64,000 bases of DNA from Patescibacteria group bacterium (GTDB taxonomy: Bacteria; Patescibacteriota; Minisyncoccia; Phycocordibacterales; PALSA-1337), in assembly GCA_040388415.1 (NCBI GenBank), contig JAZKBV010000003.1:47571-111570 (forward strand). Direction: 5' to 3'. The translations under genes and the position numbers were made by a program. The stretch's first letter is position 1, and every line of letters starts with the position of its first letter. The notes beneath the pieces were generated by a model, which had not been told where the DNA came from, ran no database searches, and was given only the letters and a program-made list of their open reading frames with translations. Positions 57,128 to 64,000 of this stretch are shown one piece after another.

Positions 57128-57898
57128 ATGTCAGACTTCTACAACCCCCGCCGAACACGCAATGTATTTGACCCGCAGAGTGCCGAATACTTCAAAGCGA
57201 GCCGTTCAAAGATAGATCTCTTTTTGAATTGCCCATTGTGCTACTACCTCGATGCGCGCCTCGGTGTCGCTCGTCCTCCTGGTTTTCCATTTTCACTGAA
57301 CTCTGCTGTCGATACGCTCCTCAAAAAAGAGTTCGATATCCTCCGCGAAAAGAAGCGTCCGCATCCGCTCATGCACGCCTTTGGTGTTCGTGATGTCATC
57401 CCATTTGCACATGAAGATATGGATATTTGGCGCTCGAATTTCAAAGGCATCACGTACCTCGACCCTGAGACGAATCTGCTCATTACCGGTGCCGTGGACG
57501 ACGTTTGGATAAATGAAAAAGGGGAACTCATCATCGTTGACTACAAATCGACCAGCAAAGAAGAAAAAGTGACTCTCGATAAAGAATGGCAGATTGGCTA
57601 TAAACGTCAGATGGAAGTGTACCAGTGGCTGTTCCGCAAGAATGGATTCACTGTTTCACCGACAGGATACTTCGTCTATTGCAACGGTAAGACTGATGTG
57701 AAGTCATTTGATGCGAAGCTGGAATTCGATATCGACCTTATCCCTTATACCGGCAATCCCGATTGGATCGAGCCATTGCTCCCAAAAATGAAAGCATGTC
57801 TCATGAGTGAAAAGCCTCCAAAACCGAACACTGAGTGCGACTATTGTCGTTACCGCAAGGCTGCGCGCGATGTGCAGGAAGAGCAGAAGAAGGGGTAG
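57128..57898 (+). CDS. PD-(D/E)XK nuclease superfamily protein with 2+2 cysteines (Cas4/RecB-nuclease-domain-like)
   Basis: IIVDYKST core motif; CPLCYY near N-terminus and CDYCRY near C-terminus. Confidence 0.55.
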   Translation: MSDFYNPRRTRNVFDPQSAEYFKASRSKIDLFLNCPLCYYLDARLGVARPPGFPFSLNSAVDTLLKKEFDILREKKRPHPLMHAFGVRDVIPFAHEDMDIWRSNFKGITYLDPETNLLITGAVDDVWINEKGELIIVDYKSTSKEEKVTLDKEWQIGYKRQMEVYQWLFRKNGFTVSPTGYFVYCNGKTDVKSFDAKLEFDIDLIPYTGNPDWIEPLLPKMKACLMSEKPPKPNTECDYCRYRKAARDVQEEQKKG

Positions 57899-57907
57899 TT
57901 TCACTTT

Positions 57908-58201
57908 CTACGGCGAAACCTCGAAACTATCAACGATAATCTTTGTAATCCCCTCAACATCTTTCGTATAAATAAATACATACTGCACAGCCCCATTACC
58001 ACGAACGACAGCTTTTACGCCTCCACTTATCGGTAAAAATTTTATATCACGTCTACCACCAGACACGTGCCTGATCTCTCCCAGGCTTATTTTAGTTACC
58101 TCGGAAAGTCTGGTGACAAGATTTACCACCTCAGCAGACGCATCAGTTGTCGTACCGTGACTGCTGGTTATTTTGCCACCGAGTTTAGTATTTGGTGCCA
58201 T
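57908..58201 (-). CDS. Hypothetical small protein (97 aa) downstream of dnaE
   Basis: Same strand as dnaE, 16 nt after its stop. Confidence 0.35.
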   Translation of the reverse strand: MAPNTKLGGKITSSHGTTTDASAEVVNLVTRLSEVTKISLGEIRHVSGGRRDIKFLPISGGVKAVVRGNGAVQYVFIYTKDVEGITKIIVDSFEVSP

Positions 58202-58216
58202 GGATTTTTATTAACC

Positions 58217-61200
58217 CTACAACACCTTCACTCTCTCCAAGATAAAACCTTTCTCATCATTGCGACTGTTTACTGCCGCTTTGATCGCTAGACACTTATC
58301 TATGACGAGATGCGCAGCAAATTCTTTATAAGATCGAGGGAATACAACAACCTCCGCAGAACCAGAAAAGTCCGCAACGGTCATGAAAGCCATAGTTTCA
58401 TTTTTCTTGGTTTGGATAGGGCGTATAGCCGTGACGATGACAGCTATGACGACAGCATCACCATCTTTCTTTGTTTCCAAAGCCTTTTTAATATTAATAT
58501 CGCTCTTGGTAATGTTGTCGCGGTACTTCTCAAGTGGATGGCCTGAGAGATATAAACCAAGTAACTCCTTTTCCCATGCCAGACGGTCTTTCATATCTAT
58601 TGGCGGTGCAGAAAGAAGTTTGAGTGCAGGTACAGAAGCGCTATCAGCCATCATGCCAAAAAGTGAGGTTTGATCGCTGTGACCTGCTCCGCTTTCTTTG
58701 TTATAGGCCAGAAGAAGATCGAGGTTGCCTAGGAGGACGGCACGGTCTTCACCAAAACAATCGAGCGCGCCGGCTTTGATGAGAGATTCAAGTGATTTTT
58801 TATTGAGATTTCTATCTTTGATACGCTCAAGAAAACTTGAAAGAGAAATGAATGGGCCATTTTTCTTGCGCTCATCGATGATGGTTGTTGCTATGCCTTG
58901 GCCGAAGTTTTTGATTGTCACAAGCCCGAATCGGATACGATCCTTCTTATCTCTTACCTCTTGGCTCTTACCTCCCTTTACGACAGTGAACTGACTAAAG
59001 CTTTCATTGACATCAGGTGGCAATACAGGAATCTCCATACGCTTACATTCTTCGATAGTCTCAGCGACTTTTTCTGTATCGCCAGACTCTGATGATAGTA
59101 CGGCTGAGAGATATATCTCAGGAAAATGAGCTTTGAGGTATGCGGTAATATATGCCACGCGACCGTATGACACTGAGTGAGCTTTGTTGAAACCATAGGC
59201 TGCAAATGGCTCGATCCACTTCCAGACCTCTTTTGCTTTCTTTGGCGACCATTTGCTGTGGCTGATACAACCTTCGATGAACTTCTCTTTTTGCTTAGCC
59301 ATCTCTTCTGGAATCTTTTTACCGACGGCTTTACGAAATTTATCCACTTCGCCCCATGAGTAACCAGCGATGAGATGCGCCATCATGAGAAGGTCATCTT
59401 GGTACACGAGGATGCCGTAGGTCTTGTCGAGGATCTTTTCCAGCATGGGGTCGAGATACTGGATGAGTGAACGGTCATGCTTACGGGCGATATAATCAGG
59501 GATAAAGCCAATAGGACCAGGACGATAGAGGGCCACCATAGCGTTGATATCGTGGATGGTAGTTGGCTTGAGGTCTTTGAGGAAGCGCGTCATACCGTCG
59601 CCGTTCAACTGGAACAGGTCAGCTGTCTCTCCGCGCGCCAGCATTTCAAATGTTTTTTTATCATCGATAGGCACATTTTCATAATCGACAGTAACGCCTT
59701 CGATGGTTTTGATACGGGCGATAGCGTCAGCGATGATGGTCAAGTTTTTGAGGCCGAGGAAGTCGAACTTGAGGAGACCTGCTTCTTCGATGGAATACAT
59801 ATCGTACTGGCTGATGATCTTGCCTTCGCCCTTTGGATCGAACTGGAGCGGAGTAAAATCGGTGAGCGCAGTGGGGGCGATGACGACACCAGCAGCATGG
59901 ACGCCGATGTGACGGGCACATCCTTCGATCTTCAGTGCCATGTCGATGATGCGTCGCGTATCAGGTTCGGTGTCATACATAGTTTTGAGTTCGGGTGTCT
60001 CAGTGAGGGCGCGTTGTATAGTCATGGCGAAGCCTTGTGAACCCATCGGGATCATCTTGGAGATACGATCACCAGTTGCCACAGGGAAACCGAGGGCACG
60101 AGCAACGTCACGGACTGAACCGCGTGCTGCCATCGTTCCGAAGGTACCGATCTGGGCCACTTTTTCCGCACCATATTTTCTGCGAACGTAGCCAATCATC
60201 TCGTCACGGCGGTCATCGGCATAGTCCATATCGATATCAGGGGCTGAAGGACGATCAGGATTCAAGAAACGCTCGAAGGGAATCTCATACTCGATCGGGT
60301 TGATATTGGTAATACCAGAAAGATACGTCACAAGAGAACCAGAGACGGATCCACGAATGTTGGAGAGGATGCCGTTTTCTTTGGCGAAGCGGAGAAGGTC
60401 AGCCACTACGAGGAAGTACGGCGCATATCCTTTGTCGCGGATGACTTTGAGCTCATACTCAGCGCGTTTGACGAGTTCAGGTGTCTGCTCGAGTCCGCGG
60501 ACAGGAAATCCTTCGTATACGAGGTGTTTGAGTTCATCATCGGGTGTGCGTCCACTTTCCACAACGAATGCAGGGAATACCCATTTACCAAGTTCCATTT
60601 CGAACGTACAGCGCTCAACTATTTTCGCAGTATTTTCCAAGGCCTCCGGCATATCACGGAAAAGTTCTTCTGCACGTTCGCCAGAGATAAAAGAAAAATC
60701 ATCTTCATCATTTTCAGACATGCGATCAGATGAGTCGCTGTGACTGTTGACGCGAACGAGGGTCTCACGAGCCAGGCGGTCATCAGGAACCATATAGTAC
60801 ACGTCGTGTGCAGCCATAACAGGGATATTTTGACTCTTGGCGAAAGTAGCGAGAGTTGTCATGTTCACTTCGTGGCCGTCCATCTCAGGGTGGCGAGTGA
60901 TCTCTATGTAAAGGCGATTTTCTTCGGGTGTTTTTCCGCCAAATGTTTTTTTGTACCATTCAGCGATCTCTTTGGCTTTGTCTTGATTTCTGCCCTTGAG
61001 TGCTTGGACTATGTCGCCAGAAAATGAAGGAGAAATAGCGATGAGACCTTCATTGTATTTTTCGAGAAGTTCGCGGTCGATGCGGGGCTTATAGTAAAAG
61101 CCTTCGAGGTGAGAGAGGGTGACGAGGTGAATGAGATTACGATAGCCGGTTTCATTCATGGCGAGGAGGACAAGACGGGTGCGACGATTGTCGATACCAG

Positions 61201-61438
61201 CCTGCATGTCCTTGCGTCCGCGGATTGCCATGAAAAAGTCGACACCGATGATTGGTTTGATCCCGGCTTTCTGGGCGGCTTTGAAGAATTCGATGGCGCC
61301 ATAGAGATTACCGGCATCGGTGAGAGCGAGCGCTGGCATCCCAAACTCGACGGCTTTATCTACGAGTTCATCCACTTTCGGTAAGGCAGAGAGGAGAGAG
61401 TAGTGCGAGTGAGTGTGGAGGTGGGAGAAGCGGGACAT
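58217..61438 (-). CDS. dnaE: DNA polymerase III alpha subunit
   Basis: PHP domain HLHTHSHYSLL, polymerase core and OB-fold; 1073 aa. Confidence 0.95.
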   Translation of the reverse strand: MSRFSHLHTHSHYSLLSALPKVDELVDKAVEFGMPALALTDAGNLYGAIEFFKAAQKAGIKPIIGVDFFMAIRGRKDMQAGIDNRRTRLVLLAMNETGYRNLIHLVTLSHLEGFYYKPRIDRELLEKYNEGLIAISPSFSGDIVQALKGRNQDKAKEIAEWYKKTFGGKTPEENRLYIEITRHPEMDGHEVNMTTLATFAKSQNIPVMAAHDVYYMVPDDRLARETLVRVNSHSDSSDRMSENDEDDFSFISGERAEELFRDMPEALENTAKIVERCTFEMELGKWVFPAFVVESGRTPDDELKHLVYEGFPVRGLEQTPELVKRAEYELKVIRDKGYAPYFLVVADLLRFAKENGILSNIRGSVSGSLVTYLSGITNINPIEYEIPFERFLNPDRPSAPDIDMDYADDRRDEMIGYVRRKYGAEKVAQIGTFGTMAARGSVRDVARALGFPVATGDRISKMIPMGSQGFAMTIQRALTETPELKTMYDTEPDTRRIIDMALKIEGCARHIGVHAAGVVIAPTALTDFTPLQFDPKGEGKIISQYDMYSIEEAGLLKFDFLGLKNLTIIADAIARIKTIEGVTVDYENVPIDDKKTFEMLARGETADLFQLNGDGMTRFLKDLKPTTIHDINAMVALYRPGPIGFIPDYIARKHDRSLIQYLDPMLEKILDKTYGILVYQDDLLMMAHLIAGYSWGEVDKFRKAVGKKIPEEMAKQKEKFIEGCISHSKWSPKKAKEVWKWIEPFAAYGFNKAHSVSYGRVAYITAYLKAHFPEIYLSAVLSSESGDTEKVAETIEECKRMEIPVLPPDVNESFSQFTVVKGGKSQEVRDKKDRIRFGLVTIKNFGQGIATTIIDERKKNGPFISLSSFLERIKDRNLNKKSLESLIKAGALDCFGEDRAVLLGNLDLLLAYNKESGAGHSDQTSLFGMMADSASVPALKLLSAPPIDMKDRLAWEKELLGLYLSGHPLEKYRDNITKSDINIKKALETKKDGDAVVIAVIVTAIRPIQTKKNETMAFMTVADFSGSAEVVVFPRSYKEFAAHLVIDKCLAIKAAVNSRNDEKGFILERVKVL

Positions 61439-61474
61439 GGGAGAAGTATAGCAAATAAGGGGTTTTTACTGTGA

Positions 61475-61502
61475 TTGACATTTATCTAAAAAGTGATATA
61501 AT
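61475..61502 (+). promoter_or_regulatory. Consensus sigma70 promoter TTGACA-16-TATAAT
   Basis: Both hexamers perfect; ~130-nt leader to ATG 61631. Confidence 0.55.
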
Positions 61503-61511
61503 TCACTCAGA

Positions 61512-61529
61512 ACGTTAAAAAATTAACGT
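61512..61529 (+). promoter_or_regulatory. Perfect inverted repeat ACGTTAA-aaaa-TTAACGT just downstream of promoter (operator-like)
   Basis: 7-bp arms, 4-nt spacer at about +10 to +27. Confidence 0.35.
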
Positions 61530-61630
61530 GACATTAATGAATCACATCTTTGGTTCATATCGTATGACATCAAGTGTTTTGGTGTAACGATCCATGTTGG
61601 TGATGAAAAATCTCTGAAAGGAGATATAAG

Positions 61631-62116
61631 ATGAAAACAAAAGACGAAAAGTATATTGTAAATTTAGCGAATCAGCTAATCGGAAATTTGAAGGTTCCAA
61701 TCCAGTTGGTATCAGGAGAAATGAATCCTCGGGAGTTTAACCTTCTCTTCAGGAAATGGGGTTTTGGAAGTCGATTGGAAACAATTATTCGGAAAATGAA
61801 TCCGGAAACTCTGGGGCACATCGTTATGCATGCCATAAATGATTACGAGGATTCTTCAGATTTTCGGCGGACGATGTTTCAGGACATTTTCCAGGAAGGA
61901 GAAGTTTTCTTCAAGCGGTCCGATATCGGTCTTCATGTGCTTCAAGAAGTTGCTTATGGAGTAGTTGTTGCGACGATGTATGACATTCTTATCACTGAAT
62001 GGTGGATTGGGAACGTTGAAGAAGGATCTGTTGATCCTGACACTTTAGGTTATAAAACTCGCCCCGCTATGAGAATCTTTGTTCGTTCGGTTCGGTTGCA
62101 TGATTTATTGCAGTAA
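61631..62116 (+). CDS. Hypothetical protein (161 aa)
   Basis: SD aaaggag, own promoter and terminator. Confidence 0.5.
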   Translation: MKTKDEKYIVNLANQLIGNLKVPIQLVSGEMNPREFNLLFRKWGFGSRLETIIRKMNPETLGHIVMHAINDYEDSSDFRRTMFQDIFQEGEVFFKRSDIGLHVLQEVAYGVVVATMYDILITEWWIGNVEEGSVDPDTLGYKTRPAMRIFVRSVRLHDLLQ

Positions 62117-62135
62117 TTTGATTTTGTTCTTCATG

Positions 62136-62169
62136 GCCCTTCGCACTCATCATGCGACGGGCTTTTTTT
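62136..62169 (+). terminator. Intrinsic terminator
   Basis: gcccttcgca-ctcatca-tgcgacgggc + ttttttt. Confidence 0.6.
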
Positions 62170-62173
62170 ATTG

Positions 62174-62202
62174 TTGACCAGCTCTCTGGTCGGGTGTATA
62201 AC
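62174..62202 (+). promoter_or_regulatory. Promoter TTGACC-17-TATAAC overlapped by perfect inverted repeat GACCAG-ctct-CTGGTC
   Basis: IR spans -35 and spacer (62176-62191). Confidence 0.5.
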
Positions 62203-62255
62203 TACTTTAGATAAACCAAAGCATAGCCAATGAATGGTTATGCAGAAAGGAAATA

Positions 62256-62777
62256 ATGCCCACTAACACAGAGTTGCTTACAGCTGTGAATAATCTCACT
62301 AAAATCGAACCGGCAAAAGACCTTATTTTGCCCAATCAAAGGACGAAGGGTTGGATTGAGTATATGCATTTAGTGCTCTTCGTTCATCCGGTTGATGGTG
62401 TGTTACGGATTTGGACCGGACACATTACAAGTTTGCCTGGCAGCCACGGTGACGGTTTTGAGATCGACAACGTCGTCAAGACAGTCGTCTGGACTGACCT
62501 ACCGCTCCGGAATTGTGATCGTCTGAATGATTGTCATGAGAAGACATTCAAAGTGAACAACCCGCTTCTTATCCGTCGCGATGAAGTTCACTTTTTCAAG
62601 GATGAAAATCTGGCTCTCAAATGGTTCCATGGAGTCTTGTCACCGGAGGAGATTGGTCTGGTCGTCAAACTTCTTTCAATGGAAGATTTTGGTCTGTCAT
62701 TTCAGGCGCCTGAAATGAAAGGCAGCACTCGGCGATTCGAAGAGGTTCCCAGTGCACAATCCAGCTGGTGGAAATAA
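62256..62777 (+). CDS. Hypothetical protein (173 aa)
   Basis: Own promoter/terminator; no motif. Confidence 0.5.
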   Translation: MPTNTELLTAVNNLTKIEPAKDLILPNQRTKGWIEYMHLVLFVHPVDGVLRIWTGHITSLPGSHGDGFEIDNVVKTVVWTDLPLRNCDRLNDCHEKTFKVNNPLLIRRDEVHFFKDENLALKWFHGVLSPEEIGLVVKLLSMEDFGLSFQAPEMKGSTRRFEEVPSAQSSWWK

Positions 62778-62793
62778 CGCACATTTTGGTTCA

Positions 62794-62827
62794 AGCCCTT
62801 CGCATTCACAACGCGCTGGGCTTTTTT
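62794..62827 (+). terminator. Intrinsic terminator, sequence-related to the one at 62136
   Basis: agcccttcgcattcacaacgcgctgggc + tttttt. Confidence 0.45.
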
Positions 62828-62859
62828 ATTATCTATTACGTAGTAAGATAGTTTTACTT

Positions 62860-63468
62860 ATGAAATCTCTCAAACCCCAATTCCTCATCGGCATAGACGA
62901 AGTGGGACGTGGCCCTATTGCAGGTGCTGTGGCTGTTGGAGCTTTTTGTATTCCAATTAAAAATCTCATCAAAGTCCGCCGCATTTTTCGTGGCGTCAAA
63001 GAGTCAAAGCAATTATCTGAACAGCAGAGGGAAGGATGGTTCGGTATCATTCAACAGAGTCAAAAGGTTGGACTGATCGATTTTGCGGTCACATTTCAAA
63101 GCGAGAAAATCATTGATACAAAAGGTCTGTCGTATGCCATTAAGCGTGCGCTCGCGATTTCCTTAAATACTATCGCTCCTAAACCGGATGTAATCCAAGT
63201 CCTTCTCGATGGAGGTTTGAAAGCACCTGCTGAATTCACGAATCAAAAAACGATCATAAAAGGCGATGAAAAAGAGTTAGTCATTGCACTGGCATCTATT
63301 TGTGCAAAAGTGCTGCGTGATCGAAAAATGAATGCACTGGCGAAGAAATATACTCAATATGGTTTTGAAAAGCATAAAGGATATGGGACCCGCGCGCATT
63401 ATGAAGCGATAAAAAAATATGGGCAGCTTCCCCTTCATCGAACTTCTTTTCTAAAAGCAAAAAGCTAG
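62860..63468 (+). CDS. rnhB: Ribonuclease HII
   Basis: LIGIDEVGRGPIAGAVAVGA, DSK, 202 aa from ATG 62860. Confidence 0.9.
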   Translation: MKSLKPQFLIGIDEVGRGPIAGAVAVGAFCIPIKNLIKVRRIFRGVKESKQLSEQQREGWFGIIQQSQKVGLIDFAVTFQSEKIIDTKGLSYAIKRALAISLNTIAPKPDVIQVLLDGGLKAPAEFTNQKTIIKGDEKELVIALASICAKVLRDRKMNALAKKYTQYGFEKHKGYGTRAHYEAIKKYGQLPLHRTSFLKAKS

Positions 63469-63592
63469 TGGCGTGACAGAAGATGTCATCCGACCACTAG
63501 CGACTCCTTACCGTGCGCAATATGGAACTGACCATTCACATTGTCATATTGCCCAGCCGATTTTATGCTAGCACTAAAATGTAGATTGTACA

Positions 63593-64000
63593 CTAGATGG
63601 TAAAAACCAAGAAAAGTATGAGAAAGGTGATCGCCAAAATAATATTAATTACAACGCCAGTAAGCGTTCCTATCACTCCAACAGTTGCTGCCTTGAGGGC
63701 ATGAGTACTACTCTGTTTTCGTCTCAATTCACCAATGATGATACCGATAAATAGCCCGAGAAATCCCCCAAATAAAGGGAAAATGATCGTGCCAATGATT
63801 GCCCCTGCAATACCATAGAGAAATGTTTTACCACGTGCGCCACCATAGTGTGCGCCGAGGATGCCAGCGAGTTGGTCGATGATTACTGAACAAATGGCAA
63901 TGATGCCGAGGATAAGGAGCTCGTTTAGGCTGAGGCGAGTGAAATGATCGATAAAGCCATATATGAGGGCTACAATAAAGAGATATGGTATACCTGGCAG
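63593..64000 (-). CDS. DUF456-family membrane protein, 5' end outside window
   Basis: Reverse-strand frame open to window edge: ...LAGILGAHYGGARGKTF...GELRRKQSS...; stop TAG at 63593-63595. Confidence 0.45.
   Translation of the reverse strand: MPGIPYLFIVALIYGFIDHFTRLSLNELLILGIIAICSVIIDQLAGILGAHYGGARGKTFLYGIAGAIIGTIIFPLFGGFLGLFIGIIIGELRRKQSSTHALKAATVGVIGTLTGVVINIILAITFLILFLVFTI

Noticed and set aside
1-64000. CRISPR arrays, transposases, integrases, phage structural genes
   Set aside because: No regularly spaced direct repeats and no recombinase or transposase motifs (DDE, tyrosine or serine recombinase) were seen in any frame.
1-64000. Alternative genetic code (UGA or UAG reassignment as in some CPR lineages)
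   Set aside because: Long uninterrupted ORFs with standard stops cover nearly the entire window, and conserved proteins end at TAA, TAG or TGA where expected.

Overview
The window reads as one contiguous chromosomal segment of a small-genome, low-to-moderate-GC bacterium using the standard genetic code. Gene content suggests a Patescibacteria/CPR-like organism, but this is inference only: compact overlapping genes, a peptidoglycan precursor set and many small hypothetical genes.

Left to right:
- 5'-truncated RND efflux transporter and a DUF2127 membrane protein
- tRNA-Ile(GAT) on the minus strand
- pyruvate kinase and RadC
- a peptidoglycan-precursor neighbourhood: MurD-like ligase with a divergent P-loop, a fold-type-II PLP enzyme, a LysW-like zinc ribbon, a MurC/Mpl-family ligase, a Bpt/ATE-like aminoacyl-tRNA transferase homolog, MraY, an NlpC/P60-like hydrolase and an ATP-grasp ligase
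- RsmI
- a TraD/VirD4-like coupling ATPase with a long Pro/Ala/Lys-rich tail
- a roughly 24 kb surface-glycan (O-antigen-like) locus: several GT4 transferases, a truncated nucleotide-sugar dehydrogenase-like gene, four SAM methyltransferases, a GDP-colitose pathway (gmd, a ColD-like His-for-Lys DegT enzyme, fcl/colC-like), a GT11 fucosyltransferase, a fused GT11-GT17 protein, two GT2 proteins, a Wzx flippase and a WaaL/Wzy_C-type ligase with TPR repeats
- MurB, SecA, an MTH1-like Nudix hydrolase, DUF1653 and Obg
- an OmpR-family two-component operon carrying an extra small ORF and a squalene/phytoene-synthase-like gene
- MGMT, a Cas4-like PD-(D/E)XK nuclease, DnaE, two hypothetical cassettes each with its own promoter and terminator, RNase HII and a 3'-truncated DUF456 gene

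I found no CRISPR array, transposase, integrase or phage structural genes.

The most noteworthy items are the colitose-containing glycan locus with its fused and odd glycosyltransferases, the non-canonical accessory genes embedded in the peptidoglycan cluster, a promoter/terminator-bounded small-RNA locus at 45.24-45.50 kb, and the two-component operon with an isoprenoid-synthase-fold gene.
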